61,334 nucleotides of DNA, taken from positions 1 through 61,334 of IMG/VR virus record IMGVR_UViG_3300049924_000079. One strand, given 5' to 3'. Below the pieces are notes generated by a model. It searched no databases. It was given only the letters and a program-made list of their open reading frames with translations, and was not told the DNA's origin. Within the stretch, counting starts at the first letter, position 1. The number at the start of each line of letters is the position of its first letter. Of this stretch, positions 38,100-46,969 are shown piece after piece. The translations under genes and the position numbers were made by a program. Source of the stretch: a virus. Lineage: Duplodnaviria > Caudoviricetes.

Positions 38100-38237
38100 T
38101 TAGACTTTCTTGCCTTGTGCAGCGTAGCGTGCCGCAGTGCGGCCTAGCTTTTTCATCTGCTCGTTAGTTTTGCCGCCGTAGTTGTTAGACTTCGCGCCGC
38201 CGTTTGTCGGGGCGGTCTTGGGGGTGCTTGTTGCCAT
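38100..38237 (-). CDS. 45-aa basic protein
   Basis: TAAGGAG RBS; MATSTPK..GGKTNEQMKKLGR..; fills the gap exactly. Confidence 0.6.
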   Translation of the reverse strand: MATSTPKTAPTNGGAKSNNYGGKTNEQMKKLGRTAARYAAQGKKV

Positions 38238-38247
38238 GTTGGGCTCC

Positions 38248-38628
38248 TTATGTCGTTACTGCCTCTATTGTGCCTAGTTGCACCTGAATTGCCAAGGGGT
38301 TTGGTGTGTTGCTCAACAAAGAGCCCCCCACCGGATTCCACCCCCACGCAAACGTACGGCTGCCGCTGCCCGCATCGCCATCGACTGTCGTTCCGCTCGC
38401 ATCGTACTGCCGGTCTGGTCGGGGGTTCCGCACTGCCTGCGGATCTGCAATAGGGTACATGCCCAAGCGTAGCTGCGGATGGTCGTCGTCCCAGCAACTA
38501 CTGCACACCAGCAGATTAACCCGCTTGGTCTTAATGACCAGCTCTTTAAGCGACTTGAGCTTAAACCTAAAGCCGCAGCGGTCGCATGCCGCAATAGCGT
38601 GTTTGCCAGACGAGAACCGATTAGCCAC
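38248..38628 (-). CDS. Zn-binding hypothetical protein
   Basis: CDRCGF..VCSSCWD.DHPQL..DPQAVRNPRPD. Confidence 0.7.
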   Translation of the reverse strand: MANRFSSGKHAIAACDRCGFRFKLKSLKELVIKTKRVNLLVCSSCWDDDHPQLRLGMYPIADPQAVRNPRPDRQYDASGTTVDGDAGSGSRTFAWGWNPVGGSLLSNTPNPLAIQVQLGTIEAVTT

Positions 38629-38631
38629 ACG

Positions 38632-39321
38632 TCACCCAATATATTGCCTACGGGGCACGAACCTGTCGGTGGCCTTCTCGCGGTCTTCGTATGCGGCCAT
38701 GTCCCACGCCTCGTCGTACTGTGCCTTCAACACCTGCAAACGCTCCAGCGCACCGGGTATCTTCAGTGCCAGATAATACGCAAGCCCTGCCACCATAGGC
38801 GGTAAAAAACGGAAAGGCATGTCCATCGTGGTGGCCCCGTCACCCGCATCCTGAATACGCCGCAGCCGCCAGTACACAAACTCGTATGCCTGCGAAGCAT
38901 CTGGCGTTGGCCACAGCGTAATCTGCGGCGTGTTCAAGCGCTGCACCCACACCTGAATAGGGCGGGCTTGTGTCAGTTTATTGGGGATAGATGCGTAGGT
39001 TGGCTCCGCTATCCGCGTGATGGTGAGGTCTGTCTGTGTCGCCGTCTCTCCTGCGCCCGTGCGGATTACGTGGTCTAACAAGTCCACCGTGTCCTCGGGC
39101 AGCGGGTACGTAGCTTGCCCCGGTATCAGCGTGATGCTGCCCTGATCCATCGTCCACAAATTAATCCCCCTGTTGGCCCAATCCGCGAAAAGCAGATTAA
39201 GCGAACGTCGTGCGGTGCGCAAGTCGTACCCCGAGCGCATCTCCGCGCCGCAGCGCTCGAAAGCCTCTTCTACGCTTTCTACGAGGTCAAGATTAAAGGT
39301 GGCTGTGCCAGAGGTTGCCAT
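38632..39321 (-). CDS. Putative head completion/adaptor protein
   Basis: EEAFERCG..GYDLRTARRSLNL..WANRGINLWT..PFRFLP.MVAGLAYY. Confidence 0.65.
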   Translation of the reverse strand: MATSGTATFNLDLVESVEEAFERCGAEMRSGYDLRTARRSLNLLFADWANRGINLWTMDQGSITLIPGQATYPLPEDTVDLLDHVIRTGAGETATQTDLTITRIAEPTYASIPNKLTQARPIQVWVQRLNTPQITLWPTPDASQAYEFVYWRLRRIQDAGDGATTMDMPFRFLPPMVAGLAYYLALKIPGALERLQVLKAQYDEAWDMAAYEDREKATDRFVPRRQYIG

Positions 39322-39564
39322 TTAACACTTCCATTTGTCGAGGGCGAGCTTCTTGCGCGTCGGCTTCCCGTTGGGTTTTTTAAGAGGCCCCGGCATTCCT
39401 GTCATGCGCGCGCAGAAAGAGTCTTTACGCTTGCCCCCCTGCGGCTGCGGGGGTTTGAGGTTCATGCCCTGCTTCTTGGCCGAGGCGCGGCCTTTAGCGT
39501 TGAGCCCACCGGTCGGGCTTTTGCCCTCGGCCCTCTGCCACGCGGGTGTCTTTGGCGTGCTCAT
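39322..39564 (-). CDS. Small basic conserved protein
   Basis: PAWQR.EGK..GGLNAKGRAS..SFCARM..WKC. Confidence 0.7.
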   Translation of the reverse strand: MSTPKTPAWQRAEGKSPTGGLNAKGRASAKKQGMNLKPPQPQGGKRKDSFCARMTGMPGPLKKPNGKPTRKKLALDKWKC

Positions 39565-39797
39565 TTAGCGAAGCCCTTAAGCGTCTGCGCCAGCCGGGCA
39601 CGTTGGCCTAGTTTGCCGCCCTTTTCGGCAGCAGCGGCGAGCTTCTTGTCGGGTATCTTCTGGCCTTGAGGCACGCCCAACTGCTCGTGCAGCGCGCCGG
39701 GGCGCTTTACGGCTTTCTGTATCCAGCCGCCATCTTTGAAGCGTGTTTGTGGCTGCTTGTTCTTGGCAACCGCGCCCATACCCCTAGATGGCATCAT
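39561..39797 (-). CDS. Small basic protein
   Basis: FKDGGWIQKAVKRPGALH..GQRARLAQTL. Confidence 0.7.
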   Translation of the reverse strand: MMPSRGMGAVAKNKQPQTRFKDGGWIQKAVKRPGALHEQLGVPQGQKIPDKKLAAAAEKGGKLGQRARLAQTLKGFAK

Positions 39798-39813
39798 GCT
39801 GTCTACTCCCGTC

Positions 39814-40122
39814 CTAGCACTTACCGCCGCGCTTCATGGCGATCATCGTGCCCTTGGTTTTACCTTTGGACTCAATGCCACCGCCCTTGGCGTACTTCAT
39901 GGACTGCGCCTCGCGCAACTCTTCCTTGACGATCTTCTTGGGCACGCCTGCTTTTTTCATAGCCGTTACGTGCTTCAATTCCATAGACTTAGATTCTTTC
40001 ATACTGCCGCCTTCTGCAAAAAAAGTGTATTTGCCGTTGTCCGTCTTCTTCTTACCAATAGAGGAACGCCCTTGATCGGTTTCCTTCTTGAACAGCGCCT
40101 GTTTCAATGTCGAACTACGCAT
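39814..40122 (-). CDS. Small Lys-rich protein with xxxGG motifs
   Basis: FAEGG, YAKGG, MKRGG. Confidence 0.65.
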   Translation of the reverse strand: MRSSTLKQALFKKETDQGRSSIGKKKTDNGKYTFFAEGGSMKESKSMELKHVTAMKKAGVPKKIVKEELREAQSMKYAKGGGIESKGKTKGTMIAMKRGGKC

Positions 40123-40134
40123 GCGCCACCCCCA

Positions 40135-40476
40135 TTATGCCGCAGTCGCAGCATCTTGTTCTGCGTCTCTGCGCTTTTGGTCGGCTCGGATAAAGGCCAG
40201 TAGCATCAGCATGAGTTGCTGTTGTGTTGCCGTCATACCGGGGATGTCCGCGCCAGTATCGGGGCGCACGCACTGCACTGGCTCGGTGATGCTGCTTAGT
40301 TGCAGGATGTTCTCCGTCATGTAGTCATTAGTGTGTCTAACAACGCCATCGCCATCGACGACAGCCATGCACTCTGTGTACACAGCCTGCGGCGCTCCGT
40401 TTGCCGGGTATGTGAGCTTTATCTCGGACACGCGAGGGAAAAGTTTGTGGGTGGTTGTATCGTAGTTTCTTGTCAT
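40135..40476 (-). CDS. Hypothetical protein
   Basis: GGAG RBS; in operon order. Confidence 0.65.
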   Translation of the reverse strand: MTRNYDTTTHKLFPRVSEIKLTYPANGAPQAVYTECMAVVDGDGVVRHTNDYMTENILQLSSITEPVQCVRPDTGADIPGMTATQQQLMLMLLAFIRADQKRRDAEQDAATAA

Positions 40477-40500
40477 GCTGTGCTCCAGTTACTAAATGTG

Positions 40501-41607
40501 TTAAGGCGCTTGATACCCTTGTACGCTAACATACGCGCCGCCGTTGTTTGTGACTATATTCAGCGCAGTTGCGGCTGTGCCACGTAGGGGTGTTGGGAAA
40601 ACAATGCTGATCGGGCCATATTGCACGGGGTTTGTCGCGTTGTACGGGAAAGCAATTCTCCAGATTGGAGTTGCACCGTCGCTAAGTACTACCTCTACGT
40701 CTACGGTTGTGTTGTTGCTAGCTATCTGGATGGCCGTGACGTAGTTCCTGATACCGGCAGCTCCTGCGGCCCGTGCGGTGTATGTACCGCCAGTGGTAAA
40801 ACCTGAGGCAGGGCATGCGTACTGCCAGTCGTGCTCCGGGATAGAGTACGGTTTAGTGATTTGCGCACCTACCGCAGTGACTATTACGTCAGCCGTCACG
40901 TTAGTGGCTAAAGCCGTGTAGTTAGCCGTAACCGCCCGCGCCCCAATACGTACCGGATTACTCGTAACAACACCGCCCATGGGTACGACTCCGGCCTCTA
41001 CAGGTACTCTTCCAGCAATTTGTGCAGGCAGTTTACCATCAATGCTCGCAGTACTATTGTTGCCGGTAGTTTGCAGCGCACTGGTGGCTGCGCCTGTGGG
41101 CAATGGCAGTGCAGCGGCGCTGATAGGCTGTGTAACTCCAGAGCCGTCCACCGGTGTGCGTCCGCCAACTAGCGCGGGTATGCGGGCAAGTAGCGTCGTC
41201 CAGTTTGTCAGCCCGCGCTTGACGAAAGCAATGAGCGAAAATGTTCCAGTGTCGGTGGTTGCCGAAGCGTCTGCCTGTGCGCCAAGGTTGGTGTTGGTGG
41301 TGCCTATCGACGTGTTTATGGTGGTCTGCAATGCTGCGGTAGCAGCACCAGTTGGTAGGGGCAGTGCAGCGGCGCTGATAGGCTGTGTAACTCCAGAGCC
41401 GTCAACAGGTACACGCCCCGTCACGAGTGCGGGGGTCTTGGTGTCGATACTCGACAGACTTGTGTTGCCGGTGATCTGTAGTGCGCTAGTGGCCGCGCCC
41501 GCCGCTAGCGGCTGGGCATTATCGACAAACACATGTGCAGCGCCGTCTGTGGCTTTCCAGAGAGATGTTCGGCCTGTGCCTGTATCGGTTAATGGTGCTG
41601 TGCTCAT
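40501..41607 (-). CDS. Thr/Ala-rich fibre-like protein with internal repeats
   Basis: PVDGSGVTQPISAAALPLPTGAAT twice; identical 44-nt copies at 41105-41148 and 41360-41403. Confidence 0.65.
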   Translation of the reverse strand: MSTAPLTDTGTGRTSLWKATDGAAHVFVDNAQPLAAGAATSALQITGNTSLSSIDTKTPALVTGRVPVDGSGVTQPISAAALPLPTGAATAALQTTINTSIGTTNTNLGAQADASATTDTGTFSLIAFVKRGLTNWTTLLARIPALVGGRTPVDGSGVTQPISAAALPLPTGAATSALQTTGNNSTASIDGKLPAQIAGRVPVEAGVVPMGGVVTSNPVRIGARAVTANYTALATNVTADVIVTAVGAQITKPYSIPEHDWQYACPASGFTTGGTYTARAAGAAGIRNYVTAIQIASNNTTVDVEVVLSDGATPIWRIAFPYNATNPVQYGPISIVFPTPLRGTAATALNIVTNNGGAYVSVQGYQAP

Positions 41608-41628
41608 GGCCGCGTTCCGTAAAAATGG

Positions 41629-42114
41629 TTAGGCGGGCACAGTGCCGTCGGCGTTGCGCTGGATGTAGTACGCAGACACTACGATACTACCTGCGGTTGG
41701 GTTGCCCGTGGCTGCGGTGAACGTGCCAGTGATGGTAACGTCTGCTGCTCCGATGTTGTCAGTAGCGGATGCGACGGTCGCGGCGTCTACCGTGGCTTGG
41801 GCCACGCGCGTTACGGAGGTGCCTGTGTTGAGCGTAGTCAAGAAGGCGTTAGCGGTGCCCGTTTTGCCGAGCACTGTGCCTACGTTAGACACCGAACCAC
41901 CGGTGATCGCTGCGACAACTTCGATCTGGAAAGCCATGATCTTGGCACCAGCCGGCAGCGTAAACAGGTTTTGTGCAGTGGGCGTTGTAGTGATCGCACT
42001 GAAAGGAATCGTCGCTGTTTGTACCAGTTCTGCTACTCCGCAGTTCATGGAAGTTACAGGGCCTTGGCGTACGGTGCCCACGCGCAGTGGGCCAGAGAAA
42101 GTTGCGGTGCTCAT
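41629..42114 (-). CDS. Putative capsid decoration/minor structural protein
   Basis: TFSGPLRVG N-terminus, LPAGAKI; directly downstream of the capsid locus. Confidence 0.55.
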   Translation of the reverse strand: MSTATFSGPLRVGTVRQGPVTSMNCGVAELVQTATIPFSAITTTPTAQNLFTLPAGAKIMAFQIEVVAAITGGSVSNVGTVLGKTGTANAFLTTLNTGTSVTRVAQATVDAATVASATDNIGAADVTITGTFTAATGNPTAGSIVVSAYYIQRNADGTVPA

Positions 42115-42122
42115 TTTGTGTT

Positions 42123-42190
42123 CCTACTTTGGGGTACTGCCGTCTGTAGGTCGTCTGCCGGGCGCAGTCTGCAGTACCGGTTATCCCGGT
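42123..42190 (-). ncRNA. Candidate pseudoknotted cis-regulatory RNA covering the RBS of 41629..42114
   Basis: Three interleaved complementary pairs: CCGGG/CCCGG, GGTACTGC/GCAGTACC, CCTAC/GTAGG(SD). Confidence 0.5.
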
Positions 42191-42197
42191 GCTGGGT

Positions 42198-43157
42198 TTA
42201 TAACACATGTTGCTTGGCTTTGGCAAGCCTTCTACGTCCATTCGCCTTCTGCCCTTCTAGTTTGGCGCACTCCACGCAGGTGCCTTTTGTTTTACGTAGT
42301 GCGATGTGCCCATGCTCGCAGGGCAGTCCCGTGAAATAGAACTTTGCCTCTTCTGCTTTGGCCTGCGCCCGTGATCTTGGGTAGGTCAGAAACTCCTCGG
42401 GTATCTCCGGGACGTTCACGCTCTCGCCTTGGTACGCCAGCACCCACCCCGCCATAGCGCCGGAGGCGATAGGTTTGCCGGACTTGCACGCACGTATCGT
42501 GGTGGCTATAGAAACCCCCATAGTGTCCCGTATTTCAGTGAGCCCTGAGAAAATGCGCTCCGACCTGTCCGGCAACACGGCGTGTACGGGTTTGCGCATC
42601 TTGGCTTTTGCTTCTTCGGAGTGCTGTTTTCCTTTGAAGCTGGCGTAACGCCCCGCTTCGGCGGCTGCGCGTATCTTGGCCATACCCTCCGGCGATACTT
42701 GCCGCCCCGGGGCTTTAGGCTTGCCGCGCTGCGCGTCCCCGATCTTCTTGCGCACTTCCGCCGATACGGTCTGGCCAAAACGGTAGTGTGCTTCTCCGGC
42801 CCCTTTTCCTGTACGGCTGCTACTTATCTGCGCTTTACTGCCCTCGGTGTGTTTCAGCCCCAAGCGCGGCAGTTCCGCTCCCGGGTTTATGTTGTAGCAC
42901 TCAGGTTTGCCCACGTGCTGCACAAGATATGTGTCTTCTATCTGCAACTGCGATGCGCCCTCTGCTAGTTCTTCTAGTATCTCGAACACAAAGGCTTCGG
43001 GGCCGTACTTGTTCCACGCGGCTTGTAGCCTAGGGTTTTTGTGCGCGCCGCGCTTCAGGTCGTACTTGTGCTGCCACTCTCGCCGCGCAAAAGAATCTGC
43101 ACTGCCGATGTAGTACTTCCCGTTGACCATGTTGGTGATTTGATAGATTACTGCCAT
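42198..43157 (-). CDS. Free-standing GIY-YIG homing endonuclease with NUMOD3-like repeats
   Basis: VIYQITN..GKYYIGS..R..H..L..H.NPRLQAAWNKYG..F.FEILE..E..YN; KHTEGSKAQIS, KQHSEEAKAKM. Confidence 0.92.
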   Translation of the reverse strand: MAVIYQITNMVNGKYYIGSADSFARREWQHKYDLKRGAHKNPRLQAAWNKYGPEAFVFEILEELAEGASQLQIEDTYLVQHVGKPECYNINPGAELPRLGLKHTEGSKAQISSSRTGKGAGEAHYRFGQTVSAEVRKKIGDAQRGKPKAPGRQVSPEGMAKIRAAAEAGRYASFKGKQHSEEAKAKMRKPVHAVLPDRSERIFSGLTEIRDTMGVSIATTIRACKSGKPIASGAMAGWVLAYQGESVNVPEIPEEFLTYPRSRAQAKAEEAKFYFTGLPCEHGHIALRKTKGTCVECAKLEGQKANGRRRLAKAKQHVL

Positions 43158-43184
43158 TTACTGCTCCTGTTGGTAATGTTCGCT

Positions 43185-43212
43185 ATTATGCACAAGAAAG
43201 ACACTATGTCAA
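43185..43212 (-). promoter_or_regulatory. Sigma70-like promoter of the GIY-YIG gene
   Basis: TTGACA-16 nt-CATAAT on the - strand; AGGAG RBS follows. Confidence 0.7.
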
Positions 43213-43244
43213 CCTTTCTGTAGCTTTGTATCGTACCCAGCAGT

Positions 43245-43272
43245 AAAAAAGGGAGCCGTAGCTCCCTTTTTT
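43245..43272 (-). terminator. Rho-independent terminator after the major capsid gene (potentially bidirectional)
   Basis: A6-GGGAGC-TACG-GCTCCC-T6 on the - strand; cUACGg tetraloop. Confidence 0.9.
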
Positions 43273-43310
43273 GTAGCAAAGAACCTAGATTCTGTGCGGT
43301 TTGCCAGTTT

Positions 43311-44243
43311 TTAGGTCGAACCGCTGGATCCCCAGCACCCGAGAGGATCGCTGACCCCGAAGCTGTAACGCTCTCTCGCTTTATACCTTGTGTTCCCCGT
43401 GTCAAAGTCCCCGTCCATAGACGTGACCAAGGGCGAACGTACGAAGTGCTTAAGGCCGTTAGGAACGTCCGTCAGCAAGAACCATGCGTTCGTGTCGGTC
43501 AAGAAGTGGTTGACTACGTAGCCTTGTGGTACGACGCCCATGTTGACGATGGCAGAAATGTCATTGTCGGTGGTGCCGGTACGCAGCTGGGTCTTCATCA
43601 GGCGCTCTGCAACGAACTGCAACGCGACGGGAATAACCATCTTGCGAGGCTTGGCCGCGATCAGCAAACCGCGTTCGTCAGTCCATGCGGCGATCTGGAT
43701 GATCGCGTTCTCCAACGAGGTCTCGTTCAAGTCCACGCCGGTAGTGGGGCTGTTGAAGTTCACGGAGCCGTTAATCAGCGGGTGGCCGACACGACTGCCG
43801 CCAGAACTCACGCCGAACAAAGACACGCCGTCGCCGCCAAGTGCGGTGCTGCTAAAGCCGGTGTTCAGCACAGACGCGCCTTTAACCTGTTTGGTGTACG
43901 CCATAGAGCGGGCCAAAGCCTTCGTATAGCGCGCAGACAGGCTGTCGTACAGGTTGTCCTCGATCGCCTCTTCCGTGATCGAAAAGCCTTGGGCAATTGT
44001 CTCATGGGTGTAGCGCGCGGTGAACGCTTCCTGTGCGTTGTCGTAGCTGATACCGGCACCTTCGGTCTTGACCGGGGCCGCTTGGAAGCCTGACAGTTTG
44101 GTCTCCTCCTCAAAGCTACGCTCCGATTTCTCGACCTCGTAGATTTCCTTGTGCTCTTCGCCGTAGCGGGCATACTCCATGCCGAACAATGCGTTAAGGC
44201 CGGGGAGCAGTTCTTTCAGTAACTGCGAACGTGAAATAGCCAT
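43311..44243 (-). CDS. Major capsid protein
   Basis: MAISRSQLLKELLPGLNALFG..S.RSFEEE..RYTKALARSM..NHFLTD..WF..DFDTGN.RYKARERYSFG; AAGGAG RBS; terminator downstream. Confidence 0.88.
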   Translation of the reverse strand: MAISRSQLLKELLPGLNALFGMEYARYGEEHKEIYEVEKSERSFEEETKLSGFQAAPVKTEGAGISYDNAQEAFTARYTHETIAQGFSITEEAIEDNLYDSLSARYTKALARSMAYTKQVKGASVLNTGFSSTALGGDGVSLFGVSSGGSRVGHPLINGSVNFNSPTTGVDLNETSLENAIIQIAAWTDERGLLIAAKPRKMVIPVALQFVAERLMKTQLRTGTTDNDISAIVNMGVVPQGYVVNHFLTDTNAWFLLTDVPNGLKHFVRSPLVTSMDGDFDTGNTRYKARERYSFGVSDPLGCWGSSGST

Positions 44244-44269
44244 TTTTCAGTACTCCTTGTGTAAATGGA

Positions 44270-44929
44270 TTAGATGCCCAGCGAGTTCGTGTAGGAGTGA
44301 ACACCTACGTTGAACTTCACAAGGAACTCGGGGTAGGCGTCGCCCTCGGTGCCGCGCACCACGTCCACAATACGCATTGCCAGCGTAGAAGTAGCCGCCA
44401 GCGAAGCGCCGTTCGTGCCTACGGTCAAGAACATGGTAGACAGCCCTGTGGTGGCGGAGCCGCCGAAGTTGCCCAAGGCCGCATTCTTGCCGATAGCGCC
44501 GGGCCAGCCGGAGCCGCCAGTACCGCTATTGAAGGTGCCCAAGGCTGCGCTGCCTTGGATCTGGAAGATGCCGTCGTAGTCTTCGTAGACTTGTACCCAT
44601 ATGTCAGTGAAGCCTGCGGTAGTGGCGTTGGCTGGGAGGGTCTGGCCCCACAGAGACTGCCGTGTTCCGGGATTCACATAGCGTACGCCTGCGCACACAC
44701 CGACAATACCTGCGGTGGCGTCTGCTGCAGTTGCGGGGATTTTCACAGCTACGGGGCTAGACGCCACCGCCGCAGGTAAACCCGCCGAGTTCAACGCGAT
44801 AAGCGACCCTGTGAACAGCGCCGTGGTGTCAGCAGAAACTCGATACTCTCGAATTGCGCTGGTGTTGTTTACCTGTGAACCGATCAGCGAGACCGGTTTT
44901 AGGCCGTATGGGGAAGACGTGCTTGCCAT
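44270..44929 (-). CDS. Capsid-associated (cement/decoration-like) protein
   Basis: PYGLKPV..VGVCAGVRY; immediately upstream of the capsid gene. Confidence 0.6.
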   Translation of the reverse strand: MASTSSPYGLKPVSLIGSQVNNTSAIREYRVSADTTALFTGSLIALNSAGLPAAVASSPVAVKIPATAADATAGIVGVCAGVRYVNPGTRQSLWGQTLPANATTAGFTDIWVQVYEDYDGIFQIQGSAALGTFNSGTGGSGWPGAIGKNAALGNFGGSATTGLSTMFLTVGTNGASLAATSTLAMRIVDVVRGTEGDAYPEFLVKFNVGVHSYTNSLGI

Positions 44930-44943
44930 TTGTTACTCCTTTG

Positions 44944-45393
44944 TTAAGAACCTGAACCAAAATTTGCGCCTCTGCTAACACTGGTCTTGCGTTCAGTGAA
45001 AAGCGGCATGCGCGGGTCATTGTTTTTCATGTAGCTGTTATCCACAGAATCCATTTGTTGCTGCGCCTGCTTTTGGTAGTACTCGTCACGGGCACGTGTT
45101 TTCTCGGAAGACATTGCACACAGCATCAGTCCGCCAATTTCCACGTTTCCAGAGGTCGCGTTACCGAACATTTGCAGCTCCGGGTAGTCTTCTGCTCTCA
45201 CTGGCACCCAGCCTTCGCGCATCTTGCGAGACACGTTAGAGGGGTCGGCCTGTCCCAAAATATGCGTCGCAATCCAGCGGAACGCAATCCCCGGACGGGG
45301 GTTGGGGTCAGGCAGATTTGTCGGTGGGACATACACTGCACGAGCTTGTTTGTCGCGTGATACGAGTTCACGAGGGGTACGGGTTTCAGCCAT
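44944..45393 (-). CDS. Conserved head-module protein
   Basis: FRWI..D..NVS.KMREGW.PV.AEDYPE..IGGLMLC. Confidence 0.7.
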   Translation of the reverse strand: MAETRTPRELVSRDKQARAVYVPPTNLPDPNPRPGIAFRWIATHILGQADPSNVSRKMREGWVPVRAEDYPELQMFGNATSGNVEIGGLMLCAMSSEKTRARDEYYQKQAQQQMDSVDNSYMKNNDPRMPLFTERKTSVSRGANFGSGS

Positions 45394-45395
45394 TT

Positions 45396-46337
45396 TTAGT
45401 TCTCCAATTTTGCTACTTGTGCAGCGTATTGCTGCGGGGTTAGTCCTAACTTACTCGCCAATGCAACTTGCGTGGCCGTAAGCTGAACCTTCTTTACACC
45501 AGACGAACGAGTCGCTGGCGCTACTACAGAGGTAGGTCGCTTAGAGGTGCCTTGTGGCTGTTGCCGTCCAACGCTGCCGCCGAACATGTCGGGGAACGTG
45601 GTTTTCAAGCGAGCGTCAATTTGCTCGAAGTAGTCGTCAGATGTCGGATCGACGCCTGAACGTACCAGTTTGTTGTGCAGCCCCATAGCGAAGCTGGTGA
45701 TTTCGGTGTACTCGGGGTCTCCAAACCACTGGTTTCTTGCCTGCCAGCGCAGTGTTTTTGGGTCTGGTTTAGGTTCCGCAAGTACTTGCTGCTGCGTTTG
45801 TACCACCTCTTCTTGTTCTTGTAAAGAGGTTGGGCGAATTTTTTTTGCTTCGGAGGCACGAATCTTTGCGTCGAATAGGGCCTCTTGGGCTTCAATAATG
45901 GCGTCTGTATCGAACGATTCTTGCGCTTCCCGCAGTGCGCGCTTAGCTTTTTCGACCGCCGTGTCCGCAATAGTAAGGGCTTGCTCCACATACTGACGGC
46001 TGCCGTTGTCTATTACTGCACGCATCTGGCGGTTTTCGTCGAGCAGCTGCTTTGCCGCCCGTTCCAGCTCGGCTTTTTCACGCTCAATGGCTTCTTTTGC
46101 CCGGCGCTCGTCGTGCCGCGCGTGGGTCAGCTCCTTGATACGCCCCTGTACCTTGTCGGAATACGACTCCAGCTCCGCTTCGTCCGGGTCAGCTACCTCT
46201 CTGTCCAGCGGCTTGCGGCCTTTGTCCTGCGCCGGGGTGTCGTCCACCACTTCGACTTCAAAATCAGCGTCGTCTACGGGGTCGATGCCGACCGCCATAC
46301 CTTCTTTTTCGTCAGGAAACTCGTATTTATCTGTCAT
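45396..46337 (-). CDS. Putative scaffolding protein
   Basis: Acidic N-terminus, coiled coil, W..RNQWFG, LTATQVALASKLGLTPQQYA C-terminus. Confidence 0.7.
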   Translation of the reverse strand: MTDKYEFPDEKEGMAVGIDPVDDADFEVEVVDDTPAQDKGRKPLDREVADPDEAELESYSDKVQGRIKELTHARHDERRAKEAIEREKAELERAAKQLLDENRQMRAVIDNGSRQYVEQALTIADTAVEKAKRALREAQESFDTDAIIEAQEALFDAKIRASEAKKIRPTSLQEQEEVVQTQQQVLAEPKPDPKTLRWQARNQWFGDPEYTEITSFAMGLHNKLVRSGVDPTSDDYFEQIDARLKTTFPDMFGGSVGRQQPQGTSKRPTSVVAPATRSSGVKKVQLTATQVALASKLGLTPQQYAAQVAKLEN

Positions 46338-46338
46338 G

Positions 46339-46779
46339 TTATACCCCCACTCGTGTTACGCCGCGTGGGTCGTCCACCACGGCCTCTACCTGATCGTCGT
46401 TCAGCAGGCGCATCTCCTTGCCGAACACTTGGAATCTGGTGCCCGCGTAGGTACGCACCAAAATGAAGTCGCCAGCCTTACACCACGGGCCGGACGGGAA
46501 CTTCTTTTCGTCCTTGTAGGCATCGGGGCCTACTGCGAGGACAAACAACACTGCCGTTGCGTGCTCTTCTTGCTTGATGTAGCTGTCTGCACGCACAATT
46601 CCCGTCTCACCAAATGTCTTGGCAACTTCTGGCAGTGCGCAAAGTATCTTGTACCCTTGTGGCTTCGGTAAGTACGTGCCTTTTGCTACGTCAGTTACCC
46701 CCTCTTCCGGGGCCTCCTGCGGAACAATAGTGGGCGGCAGTACCAGCCCCGGTGGAAGGAGGATTTCACTCTTGGTCAT
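46339..46779 (-). CDS. groES: GroES/Cpn10-like co-chaperonin
   Basis: PQGYKIL..TGIV..VLAVGP..CKAGDFIL..YAGT..RLLNDDQVEAVV. Confidence 0.85.
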   Translation of the reverse strand: MTKSEILLPPGLVLPPTIVPQEAPEEGVTDVAKGTYLPKPQGYKILCALPEVAKTFGETGIVRADSYIKQEEHATAVLFVLAVGPDAYKDEKKFPSGPWCKAGDFILVRTYAGTRFQVFGKEMRLLNDDQVEAVVDDPRGVTRVGV

Positions 46780-46969
46780 CTTGGGATACCTTCTTTAATA
46801 GCGCGGTCAAATATTCCTCTGCGATTGCTAGACCGCGAATCACACCACAGAGTTTTTGGTATTCGTCGAACGACTTGCACTGGCCGTTGGCCAAGTCGTC
46901 CGCGTAGTTGTTCATGTCTTTACGGATGTTTTTGCGCAGTGCGTCCGCGAACTGTTGGGTTTCTGTCAT
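46766..46969 (-). CDS. Small conserved head-module protein
   Basis: LANG...FDEYQKLCGVIRGL. Confidence 0.7.
   Translation of the reverse strand: MTETQQFADALRKNIRKDMNNYADDLANGQCKSFDEYQKLCGVIRGLAIAEEYLTALLKKVSQDDQE

Noticed and set aside
40501-41607. Diversity-generating retroelement TR/VR pair suggested by the duplicated segments
   Set aside because: The copies are identical, in-frame, intragenic repeats without adenine-specific variation; no reverse transcriptase present
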